From Octopus vulgaris (lineage: Eukaryota): a stretch of 64,000 bases of DNA. The notes under the pieces are model-generated. The model saw nothing but the letters and a program-made list of their open reading frames with translations, did not search any database and was not told the DNA's origin. The translations under genes were made by a program, and so were the position numbers. The stretch spans positions 54,560,001 to 54,624,000 of the forward strand of contig OX597828.1 in the NCBI GenBank assembly GCA_951406725.2. Direction: 5' to 3'. This document shows, piece by piece, positions 49,196-63,120 of the stretch (the stretch's first letter is position 1; each line of letters begins with the position of its first letter).

Positions 49196-49725
49196 TGTTT
49201 TGCTGCCCATATGCTCCAATTCCTATGTGTTTTCTAGGGCTGCATGCCATTCCTAATGCCAGCCATTTTTGCAAACAGTAAACTGTAAAGGGCATGTATA
49301 GTGGCTGTGTGGTAAGAAGCTTGCTTCCCAGCCACATGGTTTCAGGTTCAGTCCCACTGTGTGGCACCTTGGTCAAATGTCTTCTACTATAACCTCGGGC
49401 TGATCAAAGCTTTGTGAGTGGATTTGGTAAATGGAAACTGAAAGAAGCCCACCAGATATATATATATATATATATACACATGTTGATGCAAAGATTCAAT
49501 CCGAATGTGTGGAGGGCATATGTGAGGGATAGGCAACCCTGGTTGTCTACCGAGGAATATAAAAAGAACATTTTATCAACTCATTGTTCTTCAATACAAG
49601 AAAAAAAATCCTCAACGTTTTGTCTTAATAAACTGCTATTGTTCCTGAAAGTTGTTTTTTTATATTCACTAAGGATTGCTCAAAGCTAACTTTCTTTCTA
49701 CACCTTGATCCCGAGATCTTGCATT

Positions 49726-49801
<76 letters not shown>

Positions 49802-49804
<3 letters not shown>

Positions 49805-50018
49805 TCTTTACTCTTTTACTTGTTTCACTCATTTGACTGTGGTCATGCTGAAGCACCGCTTTTAGTCGAGCAAATCGACCCAAGGACTTATTCTTTGTAA
49901 GCCTAGTACTTATTCTATCGGTCTCTTTGCCGAACTGCTAAGTTACGGGGACGTAAACACACCAGCATAGGCTGTCAAGTGATGTTGGAGGGACAAATAC
50001 AGACACACAAACATATAC
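49802..50018 (-). mobile_element. SINE family A 3' half
   Basis: Tail and body up to the internal microsatellite. Confidence 0.88.
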
Positions 50019-50235
50019 AAGACTTGGCAAGCCAAATGAGACCATAACCTCGTGGCCTATGCCAGGAGTGTAACCCGCCCACTTATGCGTACCTTTCCTT
50101 CATTGGACACCAAACTCTGCTTCCGAAGACCTGTTGAGGCAAGTGAAATTGAAATCGAAATCAAATTCGATGGCTGGCATCCATGCTAGTGGAGCACTAA
50201 GAACACCATCCGAGCGTGATCGTTGCCAGAGCAAC
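50019..50235 (+). mobile_element. Probable RTE LINE 3' UTR fragment inserted at the SINE A microsatellite
   Basis: Begins AAGACTTGGCAAGCCAAAT, similar to the end of the RTE ORF fragment (AAGACCTGTCCAGCTAAGT, ~46827). Assignment is inference. Confidence 0.5.
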
Positions 50236-50728
50236 AAATGCATAATGCAAAGCTGGACAAAATGCTACTAAGCTTTCTGACCAGTATGCTAACAATTCTG
50301 CTGGCTCACTGCCTTTAAGCAAACCAATATTGATCACCACCACATCAATACCATATTGAACACCGTATATTGATCTTGGCAATACTGTCACCAAAATTTA
50401 CATAACATTAATTTACCATTGTTAATAAAATAGTTTTCATTTTTTACTTTATAAAATCATAATTAATGTTTTTTTAATTGTTATTTTCAATAATATTTTT
50501 CACTCACATTTGGCCTTACACACTTGTCTAGAGAGTTTTATTTTACAAAACTTTGTAGATATTTTTTACATTTATGTAATTTTTATTTTCTGTTTTTGCA
50601 TTTTTAGTTTTCATAAACCACCACCACCAGTGATGTTATTTTTTTTGTTTTTCAACTGATGCAGTTATGTGTATTTTCATTGATAAACTGGTGTGTATGT
50701 GTGGAAGAGAGAGAGAGAGAGAATGTGT

Positions 50729-50761
<33 letters not shown>

Positions 50762-51068
50762 ACATAAGTTTGTGGGTGTAATGTATACTGTGTGTTTGTG
50801 TGTGTGTTTGTAGTTGTATGCAAGTGTATATGCATGTGCACTTACATGTTTTGCAGATTTGTTGGATATTTGATATTTTCAATATCAGTAAATAGATGAT
50901 ATTTTCATAAGTATATATGATGATTCTCTGTGTGTGTGTGTGTGTATATTATATGTGTGTGTGCATGTGTGTATATATATACACACACACACACACATAT
51001 ATGTATATATATAGAGTGGGAGGCAGATACAGACATACATTTATATACATGTATACGTACATGCATGC

Positions 51069-51104
<36 letters not shown>

Positions 51105-51357
51105 ACATATGCACATATACCATATATGCACATGCATACATACATATGTATATCTGTTTAATCCAAAGTTTTATCAACGAAACCTGTATAAACTTATTCA
51201 GAGAAAGACAATTAGTGAAAGAAACGTGGTGGGTGTATAGAGAGAGGGCAATGGTTAATGTATTTAGGTATTGATATCTCTCCTTACTTTAATAATAACC
51301 GTCGACACAGGGGATGGAGATAGTCAGAGTACACAGGAGAGATATAAAATAACACAT

Positions 51358-51398
<41 letters not shown>

Positions 51399-51445
51399 GA
51401 AACCCACCTGCCCACATATACAAGCACAAACACGCTCACAAACAT

Positions 51446-51492
<47 letters not shown>

Positions 51493-51531
51493 AACACACA
51501 CTTAATGAGACAAGCATTTATACATATGTAC

Positions 51532-51572
<41 letters not shown>

Positions 51573-51867
51573 TATATGTATATTCATATATACAGTGCGA
51601 TAGAAAGAGATGGTTAATTTAGTTTCATAATAACTATTTCCACAAAGGTTAGAGATAGACACACTATTTAGTAAAGATATAAATCAAATATGTGCTCCTA
51701 TATATTGAAGCACATTTATAGATATATACATGCATATATAATATATATATATATATATACATACACATATTAACCAAATATATATAGTACATATTTGTAT
51801 TTAGTTTGCAAGGTTCTTGATGTGTGTGTATATATATATATAAACCAAATATATATATTTATCTATA

Positions 51868-51913
<46 letters not shown>

Positions 51914-52309
51914 AATTAATATTTATAAATATATATATTTGGTTAATATATATATTTATATATATTAATCATATATACATACATATATATATATATATGT
52001 GTATATCATTCAAATTAACAAAAGACGAAGGTGGCAGAACAATAAGCAGGTGTATTAGTTTGGAGTTTGAGAAGAATGAAGAAGTCTTTTACATTTCCTG
52101 CCAAAACTCTTTGACTGAAAAGATTCGGAGGAAAAAAGAAAATGGAGAGAGAATGAAAAACATGGAGAGAGAGGAAAACAATGTGTAGGGCTTAGCAGTT
52201 CGACATGGTTGGAATGGCTGGAAGAAAGAGGCTGAATGAAAGGGAGATATTGATGGTGACCCAAATGAAGCAAAGGTGCACATGCACGTGTATGTATGTG
52301 AGAATGGTG

Positions 52310-53101
52310 AGAGTTGGCTGTGTAGGCAAGAAGCCTGCTTCCCAACCACATGGTTCCTGGTTCAGTCTCACTGCATGGCACCTTGAGCAAGTGTCTTCTA
52401 CTATAGCCTCGGGCTGACCAAAGTCTTGCAAGTGAATTTGATGGATGGAAACTGAAAGAAGCCTGTCATGTATATATATATATATATATATATATCCAAC
52501 CCGTGCTAGCGCGGAAAACGGACGTTAAACGATGATGATGATGATGATGATGATGTATATATATATATAGGAGTTGGCATTGAGAAGGGCATCCAGCCGT
52601 AGAAACACCACCAGATCAGACTGGGCCTGATGCAGCCTTCTGGCTTCCCAGACCCCAGTCGAACCGTCCAACCCATGCTAGCATGGAAAGCGGACGCTAA
52701 ATGATGATGATATATATATAGTTTGTTTGTGTGTATCTTTGTGTCTGTAACTATTCCACCACTTCTTGACAAATTGGTTTTGGTGTGTTTGCATTCCTGT
52801 AACTTAGTGGTTCGGCAAAAGATACTGATGGAGTAAGTACCTGGTTTAAAAATGAAATAGTGAGGGGCAATCTATTTGGCTAAAAATTCAAGTCACTGTC
52901 TTAAGACTGAAATCAATGAAAAGATAAAGAGAGATATACTAACCAAAGTGGAATGTATGGTAAGAAGCTTGCTTCCAAAGCACATGGTTCCAGGTTCAGT
53001 CCCACTGTGTGGCACCTTGGACAAGTGTCTTCTACCACAGCCCTGAGCCAACCAAAGCCTTGTGAGTGGTTTGGTAGATGGAAACTGAAAGAAGCCCATC
53101 A

Positions 53102-53146
<45 letters not shown>

Positions 53147-53346
53147 TATGTATGTATTTGTGTGTCTGTGTTTGTTTCCCCACCATCGCTTCACAACCGA
53201 TGTTGGTGTGTTTACATCCCCATAACTCAGCAGTTTGGCAAAAGAGACTGATAGAATAAGTACTAGGTTTACAAAGAATAAGTCCTGGGGTTTTGTTTGA
53301 CAAAAGGCAGTGCTCCAGCATAGCCTGTCAGATGACTGAAACAAAA

Positions 53347-53350
<4 letters not shown>
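52310..53350 (+). mobile_element. Two SINE A copies; the first is split by family D tail elements (52497-52710)
   Basis: Head 52310-52470, two D tails, A tail 52720-52930, second A copy 52950-53350. Confidence 0.82.
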
Positions 53351-53385
<35 letters not shown>

Positions 53386-53858
53386 CACACACACACACAT
53401 ATATATGTATATATATATATATATATAGATAAATAGATAGATAGAAAAATAGATTGTTAATTTATTTATACAACAATTTCTCACTTTAGTTCAATATTAC
53501 TTACACTGGGAATATCTAGACAGACACACTTTATACATAGTATCAATGTAAAATAATACATACCCACACACATGTATATAATGGGAATGGCTAATATATT
53601 TATATATTGGTATCTCTCCCTAGCTCAATAATAACTTATTTACACCGAGGATAGAGAAAGACTATATGGTATACAGATATACAATTACTCGCATACATAA
53701 ACGCGGGTGTTCACACAGTCTCATACATAAATATATACACACACGTATAAAGGAGGGCAAAGAAGATAACCCAATATCAGATACAGAATCAATAAATATC
53801 AATAAATATTAATATGAAAGTACACGTGTGTGTGTATATTTGGTATGTGTGTATATAA

Positions 53859-53889
<31 letters not shown>

Positions 53890-53930
53890 TGTGTATGGTA
53901 TGTATGTATTTCAATAAATTGATTAATGTG

Positions 53931-53979
<49 letters not shown>

Positions 53980-54564
53980 ATATATATATATGTATATAAA
54001 TGTGTGTATATATATATATATATATATGTGTGTGTATATATATGTATATATATATGCAGAGATGATTGAATATTCCTAGATGGGGGACTGAAACCAAATT
54101 AGTAATGCATGTCTTGAGATTTAAAATCCATGCAGTATCTCTTGAAGGAGGGAGAGAATGGGGGAGGGGGCGCAGTAGCAGAAGTGAAGAGTATGAAGTT
54201 GTGTACGGTGTTATTGTTGTTGTAGTTGTTCCTAAGTAGGCCTTGTCAGCTGTACTTGAAGAAACCTCAAGTCGGTGGTGGTGGGTGGGTGGGTGAGATG
54301 GGGGTGAGAAATATTACTTAACCCAAGGAAGAAGGGGGCTGTGCCTGTAAACCCTGCCTCTCTCCCCTGTTGGTGTCTCACCCATGAAACTTGTATGGCT
54401 GGAACTATTTCTGTTTATCTTAAAATTTCATTGAGGGAAAAAATGGAACAGAGAAGAGATTTCTGTTGTGTTGGGGAAGAAGGATTTGGAAGAAGGTTAC
54501 ATAAATAAAGTCAGAGAGATTTTTAAGTGGTGTTGTGCTACAACTATTTGGCTACTATAAATAC

Positions 54565-54798
54565 CTATTTCTTTATTACCCACAAGGGGCTAAACACAGA
54601 GGGGACAAACAAGGACAGACATAGGTATTAAGTCGATTACATCGACCCCTGTGCATAACTGGTACTTTATTTATCGACCCCGAAAGGATGAAAGGCAAAG
54701 TCGACCTCGGCGGAATTTGAACTCAGAACGTAATGGCAGACGAAATACCGCTAAGCATTTCGCCCAGTGGGCTAACGTTTCTGCCAGCTCACCGCCTT
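54565..54798 (-). mobile_element. SINE B, young copy with 12-bp TSD
   Basis: TSD TACTATAAATAC at 54553-54564 and 54800-54811. Confidence 0.92.
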
Positions 54799-54859
54799 AT
54801 ACTATAAATACAAATAGTTTGCAACAGTTCGATTCTTGGCAGTATGTTCTGTTCTTGAG

Positions 54860-55365
54860 CAAGACACCAACCAAGAGAATATCCTCCATCAGGCATTTGC
54901 CATATTCTGAACGCCTTACTTCCCTGGGCATGCACACATTGAAACTCCGACATCTGGCAGCTGACTTGGCAGATACCCATAAAATTATCAACCATCTTAC
55001 AAACAATAACTCTGAGCACCTTTTCAAACTCCACCTGTCTAACACTCGTGGACATGTTTACAAAGTCAGAAAACAGCACAGCTCCCATGACTTTCAGAAA
55101 CATTTTTTCAAGCTAAGATTTGCTGAAGCATGGAACAAACTTCCAGCATCAGTTGTTAGTTGTTGGAGCACTGCATCCTTCAAAACTTCCATGCTTCCTG
55201 AGATTTGCCAACACTACACCTGATTTTCTCCCCTCCATACACATGCAAGCATGTATCTGACTCATACACTGTTCGCTTTCCAGACATTTGTACATTACTG
55301 CATATACTTTATACGCACTTTTTGACAAGTTGTGGTGCACCTGAGCACTGTATACAATAATTTCT
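54860..55365 (+). pseudogene. 5'-truncated CR1-group LINE: ORF2 C-terminus plus 3' UTR
   Basis: TKRISSIRHLPYSERLTSLGMHTLKLRHLAADL..HKII...NTRGHVYKV...KHFFKLRFAEAWNKLPASVV...STASFK; the Y.ERL..L, TRGH..K and FF..R....WN.LP..VV......FK motifs are characteristic. Confidence 0.9.
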
Positions 55366-55369
55366 TTAT

Positions 55370-55851
55370 ATATTTCATGTTGCTCCAGATCACTCAGCTG
55401 GTAAAAATCAGTAACACCTGTATTTCAAAGGACCAGTCTTGTTACATTCTGTGTCACACGGAATCTCCCTGAGAACTATGTTAAGGGTACATGTGTCTAT
55501 GGAGTGCTCAGCCACTTGCATGTTAATTTCATGAGCAGGTTGTTCTGTTGATTGGATCAGCTAGAACCCTGGTTGTCATAACAACGGAGTGCCAGTTATG
55601 GGGACGTAAACACATCAGCATTGTCAAGCGATGTTGGCGGGGGGGGGGGGGGACAAACACAGACACACAGACACACACATATATATATGACACGGTTCTT
55701 TCAGTTTCTGTCTACCAAATCCACTCACAAGGCTTTGGTTGACCCGAAGCTATAGTAGAAGACACTTGTCCAAGGTGCCATGCAGTGGGTTTGAACCCGG
55801 AACCTTGTAGTTCGTAAGCAAGCTACTTACCACACAGCCACTCCTACGCCT
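55370..55851. mobile_element. 5'-truncated SINE C (+, 55370-55592) joined to SINE A (-, 55593-55851)
   Basis: Shared C 3' module, then GGGACGTAAACAC...CACACAGCCACTCCT. Confidence 0.85.
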
Positions 55852-56468
55852 ATTGTTCAAAATTTCCTTCCTTTTTCTAAGACGTTAGCCTGTGTTTTGA
55901 GGTAACTTAGCTGGTATGTCTAGCACAGCATCATAGGCACATCCTCTCATTGTCTTGTATTTGTCTCAATTTACCAATCAGAAAACTTTTTTCTGGATAT
56001 CTGCTTGTAATAGACTGAAGTTTTTTTTTTCCCTCAAGTAAGATTTTTCTCTCATCCTAAGTCATTTGTAGCTCAATTTTAAGTTAATCTTGAGCCAAGC
56101 ACTGACCGAAACACACCTCCCTGCTGCCAACCAAAGTCTTCAGCTTCTTGAATTTATTGATTTCTAATATATCATATATTTCATTTCGCTGAAAGGCAAT
56201 CATCACAAAATTCTAAACTAGAAGACATGTCTGGAGTTGAGATTCCTGGTGTCATAGAAAAATGTGAATTAATTAATGCAGTGTAGACATTTGTGAAATG
56301 TGGATGGGGAATATGAAAGGGGGATGGGATGGGGGAAATGTTGATAACTTTTGTCAGTTTAACAATTTCTGAAGATTGAAACACACACACGTGTATGTGT
56401 ATGTGTGTACATATGTGTAAGTATGTATGTACGTATGTATATGTGTATGTATATATATATATATATAC

Positions 56469-56499
<31 letters not shown>

Positions 56500-57259
56500 T
56501 GTATGTAGATAATGTATTTGTGTGTATTAGAAATTCATGTTTAAAATATTATTTGCATTGATGAAATATCTGATTATTGAACAGCCCTTGAGGGGTTGGG
56601 TGGAGTGGTGCATCATCATCATCATCATCATCATATTTTGACAACTTGTTCCCCCTTCATCATATCTCACATCAGCCATTCCCACACCAATGCCCTAACT
56701 TCATCAATAGTTGCAGCTTGGACTTTGCTATGGTTTTAGAAGGTTTCCTACAGTTCTCCCACAAGTCAGTCACTTTCTAGACAATAAACTGGCTGATGGG
56801 CAAAATGTTTGACTCAGAAGACAGTGTCCAGTAATTTTCAGCCATCTTCTTACTATTTTGTTTGTCAACTGGGGAAGTTGAAGAATTATTCATTCATCAC
56901 CTATTGAACCATAAATAACAAAGTTGTGTTTAAATCCTTCTCTTCTCTTGAAGTTCTTTTTCTTCTTTTTATTGGGAGTCCTTCCCAAGAAGGCAGCAAA
57001 TAGACAGTAAGAAAACAGGCCCGAAGCAATGATTATGTTTGGAGAAAAGAATCCGAAAAGGCTTAAAGCAAAGATTTTCATTGCACCATTTAGTCCACAA
57101 AGACTCCTGAGGATGATTCTTGATCAATTCTCTCTGATTGACATGGAATTTCTATTAGAAAATCCAAAGATGGCTTCCTGTTGTGTTCCTTTGAGTGCTT
57201 TTTTTTTTTATCAGTTTCATACAGACAAGTATGTCTCACTTCCCCGAGAAAGGACTACC

Positions 57260-57492
57260 TATTTCTTTATTACCCACAAGGGGCTAAACACAGAGGGGAC
57301 AAACAAGGACAGACATAAGTATTAAGTCGATTACATCGACCCCAGTGCATAACTGGTACTTAATTTATTGACCCCGAAAGGATGAAAGGCAAAGTCGACC
57401 TCTACGGAATTTGAACTCACAACGTAACGGCAGACGAAATACCGCAAAGCATTTCGCCTGACGTGATAACGTCTCTGCCAGCTCGCTGCCTT
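57260..57492 (-). mobile_element. SINE B, young copy with perfect 14-bp TSD
   Basis: TSD GAGAAAGGACTACC at 57246-57259 and 57495-57508. Confidence 0.92.
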
Positions 57493-58680
57493 CTGAGAAA
57501 GGACTACCATGCCAAACAAACCATTTTGTCTTGCACTTTAACAATTCTACCAAGGTTGGCAGGTCATTTTAACAACTTTCAAATTTGAAAGGCTAAGTTG
57601 GTTGACCTTAGAGGAATTTGAACTCAGAACATTAAGGACTGGAACTGATACCACAAATTATTTCATTCTGACTCTACTGAATCTGCCAACGTGTTACCCT
57701 CTTTAAGTTCTACTAGGGAACTTGTCCTTCCTTAGCTGTTAAAATGTGCCCCTGGAGTTGATTTAATCAACTGTTTCCTTCTCATTTAACCACATGACCA
57801 AGAATCAACAAAATAAAACATTTTTGACATGTATATAACAAAAATCTATTTTCTTTCAAGTAAACTCCAGGATCTGGTTTCAATTCCTAGTGTGAATAAT
57901 ATTTCTAATTTATATTTTTCATATTTATATAAAAATGCATGAACATCACAATTTTCTTTCCCATTTTTTCCCTATAATTCTGATGTTTTGCATCTGTGTA
58001 AGAATAATATAATGAAGATGCCTCTCCCTGCATGCCATCCACTTGCGAATGTACCCTACTTGACCTGAAAGAAATAGCAAATCTTATATCACGGCCCACC
58101 ACTTTTTAGAAAGGAAAGACACATTGGATGATGTAGTCTTTGATACACTATGCCTAAGAAAAAAAAAAAGAGACTGCAAAATTCACATCTGGAATGTCTT
58201 TGGTTATAGCAACTGCTTCATTAAGGCTAACCTGGAGCTAAGCAAACACAACATCAATGTAGATGTCTTGAGTTCAAGTCACATTACAGGAAGTGAAATG
58301 TATGTCTGGCTGCATCTCTAGGAAGGGATTTATTATTAGCCTGGGGTTGACCTCACTGAAACAACAACAACAGTAACAGGGGTTAATCTAGCTTCATGGC
58401 TGGGTGGTTGGTAATTGGGTTGGAGTCTACAGCTGTAATAATATTGTGGGGGTGGAGACAGCCCACCCGTGTTAGCATGGTTCACTGACACATCATCACC
58501 ATAATTTAATATAATCACTAGCAACACCACCACCATCATCATCATCACTACACTCACTACCATCACTGCCATCACTATCATCATTCCTATCATTAACACT
58601 GCTACTAACACCTCTGCCTCCTTCACCCTGACAACCATTATCATCCTCATCTCTCCCATCAATTTCATCATTGTTATCAC

Positions 58681-58715
<35 letters not shown>

Positions 58716-58818
58716 ATATCTTGTCTGTAAAGTTCTTGCTGTACACACATGCATACACAAAAACATAAACATATACATATATATATTCTTGTCTAAATAA
58801 ACACATCTCTATGAGTAG

Positions 58819-58849
<31 letters not shown>

Positions 58850-58880
58850 CTGTATACACTTGTCTATATTTGTCTGTATA

Positions 58881-58923
<43 letters not shown>

Positions 58924-59276
58924 ACATATACAGACAAATATAGACAAGTGTATATAATACTACTCGTAGAGATGTGTCTATTTAGATAAGAACACCATGC
59001 ATACACATGTACGTGTTAATATACTTACGCATATGCATACATAGTTGTAAGTTTTACATGCATACAACACAGACACACACACACAAACGTACATACACCG
59101 ATATACATGAACACATACATATACACATATGTATATACATACATACCCCACCCACACACACATATATATAAATATGAACATTTGTGAACATTTAATGTGG
59201 TTTTAGAGTCAAGTTTTGGCTACTATTTCTAGCATGGTGGTATTTCTTAGATACCCATAATTATAATTTTATATAT

Positions 59277-59860
59277 GTAGGAGTGGCTGTGTGGTAGGTA
59301 GCTTTCTTACCAACCACATGGTTCTGGGTTCAGTTCCATTGCATGGCACCTTGGGCAAGTGTCCTCTATAGCCTCGGGTCGACCAAAGCCTTGTGAGTGG
59401 ATTTGGTTGACGGAAACTGAAAGAAGCCTATCGTATTACACCATGATAGATTGATAACTGCTACACATTCTTTAATTTCTCTCCTTGTTTCTTTCTGTGT
59501 TCCTTTCTGTAGAAGAGCGTAGGCTCGAAAGGTTAAAGACTTTTTCACTTCCCAAGTGTTAAACTATTACATCTGTTTGTTGTCTACACCACCTGTCTTA
59601 GTCTTTTATTTTTTGTGAATTCTCCCTATATATATATATATATGTATATGTATATGTATATGTTTGTGTCTGTGTTTGTCGCCCCACCATTGCTTGACAG
59701 CCGATGTTGGTGTGTTTACATCTCTGTGACTTAGTGGTTTGGCAAAAGAGACCAATAGAATAAGTACTAGGCTTACAAAGGATAAGTCCTAGGGTCAATT
59801 TGTTTGACTAAAGGCAGTGCCGCAGTCAAATAACTGAAACAAATAAAAGAATAAAAGAAA
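59277..59860 (+). mobile_element. SINE A copy split at its internal (TA)n by a hammerhead-bearing element
   Basis: Head to GAAAGAAGCCTATCGTA (~59436); 3' half resumes TTTGTGTCTGTGTTTGTC (~59663). Confidence 0.85.
59440..59627 (+). mobile_element. Hammerhead-bearing element, subfamily 2
   Basis: CTTT-CTGTAGA-A-GAGC-GTAG-GCTC-GAAA-GGTT-AAAG at 59503-59538; followed by (TA)n. Confidence 0.65.
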
Positions 59861-60076
59861 GAATTGTTCCTGAAAGTTGTTTTTTTAGATCTTGTATGGA
59901 CTACTTGAAGCTCACTAACTTCCTACATCTTGATCCTTAGATCTTATCTTTACACATTTATATATATGTATATATATATATGTACATAATCAAAATAAGC
60001 AACAAAGATATCCAAGGTAGTGTAGTACAATTGTTTTATGCTACTTCATTTTATTAAACACTGTAAGTATTACATC

Positions 60077-60190
60077 AGGCTGGAGGGTGTATCAGCTGAA
60101 ACGTTGTGTTAACAACAAACAAGATGAGGACAAATATCCGTTGAATGTAAATAATGTACATAATTCCTCGTCTCTTAAATATAGAACTGT
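60077..60190 (+). mobile_element. Penelope-like relic with a half hammerhead (stem II plus GAAACGTT)
   Basis: GGCTG-GAGGGTGTAT-CAGCT-GAAA-CGTT; downstream sequence nearly identical to the right arm of the 7641 palindrome. Confidence 0.55.
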
Positions 60191-60801
60191 ATCGTTACAT
60201 CCTTTTACATTCTGAGCTCAAATACTGCTGAGGCCAACAGTTAAAAAGGGGGGTATTTAAGGTTATTTGTCTCTATTTTAGGAATTGGTTTTATCTCAGC
60301 AATAAATTCTTGTGTCTTGAATGTTTGCTCTATTTCTTCAGTTAATTAAAAACTTTATATTTTTCTGATTTCAGTCATTGTCAGTAACCATACTGGAGCA
60401 ACACCTTGATGCATTCATTGTTGACCAAACCAACTCCAATGCTTACTTAGTTTAGTCAGGTATGTAATTTTATTGATATATTTTGTCCACGGTTTCAATG
60501 ACCAAAAGAATTTGATTGCAATTACTATACACAATGAACAGCTCAATGCCAAGACGGGTTTCTGCGTGCGCATATGTGCATGTGTATGTCTCTGTGTAAA
60601 TATGTATGTGTGTATGCATGTGTGTAAGTGTGTGAATGCATGTATGTGCATCTTTCAGCATTAGGGCATCCAGCTTTGGAAAAAAACAAGGTCAAAGCAG
60701 ACACTGGACACTGCTACAGTCCACTGGATCGTTGGATCCTGCAAGCATAGAAGATGGACATTAAATGATGATGATGATGATGATGGCATATATCTAACCA
60801 T

Positions 60802-60993
60802 TGCTTAGTGGTATTTCGTCTGTGGTTACGTTCTGAGTTCAAATTCCTCCGACATCGACTTTGCCTTTCATCCTTTCGGGGTTGATTAAATAAGTACCAG
60901 TTATGCACTGGGGTCAATATAATCGACTTAATCCGTTTGTCTGTCTTTGGTTGTCCCCTCTGTGTTTAGCCCCTTGTGGGCAATAAAGAAATA
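60802..60993 (+). mobile_element. 5'-truncated SINE B with perfect 16-bp TSD
   Basis: TSD GGCATATATCTAACCA at 60785-60800 and 60994-61009. Confidence 0.92.
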
Positions 60994-61074
60994 GGCATAT
61001 ATCTAACCACACACACTGTGCATTCACACATTTACAAATGCACCCTAAGACAGCAAAAAAAAAAGAAAAAAATT

Positions 61075-61285
61075 CTGGATTCCACAGTAGGATTTGAAAC
61101 CCACATCCGTTGTTTGCCAGGCAATTTTGCTACTCACTGCAATCAATATGTTGCACTTCCACACAGTTTCCATTTCTGTGACATTGATCAACATCTGAAA
61201 CTAAAACAGAATTAGCTGTGCTGTTGGTTTGAACCTAGAAACCTGTGGTTAGTAAAAAGGACCTCTTCACCCTTGTCACAGCACC
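61075..61285 (-). pseudogene. Two degenerate tRNA-like units (old SINE heads or tRNA pseudogenes)
   Basis: Minus strand B-box-like GGGTTTCAAATCC (~61093-61105) and AGGTTCAAACC (~61226-61236), each ~40 nt downstream of an A-box-like stretch; cloverleaves imperfect. Confidence 0.3.
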
Positions 61286-61475
61286 TTTTCTTTTTTTTCC
61301 TTTCTTTTCTTTTTGTTTGTCCTTCCTGGACCCTCCTTCCTAAACTTAAATAACCACACTCAAAAATAGATTTGACATTTTCCTTTCTTCCCTCTCAGTG
61401 CAGGGCTTCTGTCTGCTATCAGTCGGAATATGTACAACTGTGGGTTCACTACTGAATATGGATGACTTTATTTAC

Positions 61476-61529
<54 letters not shown>

Positions 61530-63120
61530 ACTACAGAGGATGAGTAAAGAGATGGTGGTGGCAGGGTGTTCTTTTGGAGTTGAAGGTTAAAACTCCTTCA
61601 GTGTATTAGTTAAAAAAAATGTGGGAAGGGAGCAGGGGATAAAAAAAAGAGGAAGAAAAATCCCTGAATAAAAATAACAAAAATAATAAAATGCTTGACT
61701 TTGACCCTGTTTTTCTTTTTCTTTTTGCTTAGTAATATGCATTTGTGTTTTAAAATTTTTTTTATTTTTATTTTTGATAATAACCCCCTTCCTTAATGTA
61801 TAAGCCTGATTAAACTGACCCCTGGATGTCATTGAAGTGCTACAATAAAAAAATCCCTTTGTTCTAAGATTACAGCAAATGCTCAAAGTTGACTGAGCAT
61901 TATAGCAATATCAATAAGGGCAGATATAATTATTGATTAAATACCCCTTTGACTGCCCTCCCCCCTTTTTCTCTCTCTCTCTCTTCCTCCTGCCCCTTTC
62001 TCACCAGCTTATTTGGTTTTGATGTATATGTGTATGTGTATGGTTCTGTGTGTGTGTGTGTGTGCTTATGGTTGTGTGTGCCTGTGTGTATGGTTATGTG
62101 CAAGTATGGTTATCTGTGTGTGTGTGTGTTTGTGTGTGTGGTTGGTAGAGGAACAAGGCTGTTATTTTGTACTTTCTCTCTGCTATGCCAGCCAGACACA
62201 CAGTCTGAAATAAATATAAGAAACAAAGAAGATTAAAAGAAAAACAAGGGGGGAAAAAAATAACAAAAACCCAATATAAAAGTGAAAAATAAAATAAAAT
62301 AAAATACGAAAGTAAAAAGAGCAACATGTTATAAAAGCAAAAAAAACCCAACAAAACAAAACAAAATTAAAATACAAGGAAACTAAACTTGTTAGAAATA
62401 GGAATTAGGAATTGTGTGTTTGACCTCTGGGGTCAATAAAAAAACAGAATAAAAAGGAAATGAATAAAAACAACAAATTCATCACCCACATTTACATATT
62501 CACATTTAAATACATACTCACATACATACATGTATAAATACACATACATACATTCATACATACATATACACATACAACTAAAAGCAATACCTCAAACCAG
62601 CATTTACATATATACACATGTGTACATATACATATATATACATACATCCATTCACACACACAAATACACACACACACACACACACACAAGAATACAAATC
62701 TACCTCCATATACATTTACATACACATAAATACAGCCTTAAAAAAAAAGAGGGTACAGTTGGGTAAGGGATCACCTTGCCTTAAAGCCCTGGGTAAAATG
62801 GTTATCAGAGCAGAAGGGGTTAGAGAAACAGTAGGGTGGGGGAGAGGAGAAGGAGGAGGAGGAAGGGGAGAAGGAGGAAAGGGAGGAGGAGGGTAGCCTC
62901 AGCGATTCATTTTCATACATGTCTGACTCCCTTCTTTTAAAAGCAAAAGTGGTGGTGATGGTCGTGGTGATAATGGTGTTGGGGGTGATGAAATGAAGAG
63001 CTGAAGTGTGATTTTTATCTAACTGGTGTTGGATGTTTTCAAAACCCTGATGAAGCAGGACCTCATTAAAAGCATACCAACCATGACAATCTCTCTTTAA
63101 GGCTATCTATCTCTATTACA

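Noticed and set aside
54651-55223. 190-aa ORF as a host gene
   Set aside because: The N-terminus is an antisense SINE B and the rest is a truncated CR1-type ORF2 end; a fortuitous fusion.
56880-57240. Overlapping 63-aa and 98-aa ORFs
   Set aside because: No recognisable domain or convincing splice sites; the longer one runs into a SINE tail.
57990-58090. Minus-strand splice acceptor TTTCTTTCAG|GTC
   Set aside because: Part of an old dispersed repeat (GATTTGGCTGCTATTTCTAGCAGG-like) also seen near 7080, 19770, 37260 and 63490.
2160-62900. Dozens of ORFs rich in YI, HT, CV, LS, ER, II or DD repeats
   Set aside because: They are translations of (TA)n, (CA)n, (CT)n, (ATT)n and (CAT)n microsatellites, not genes.
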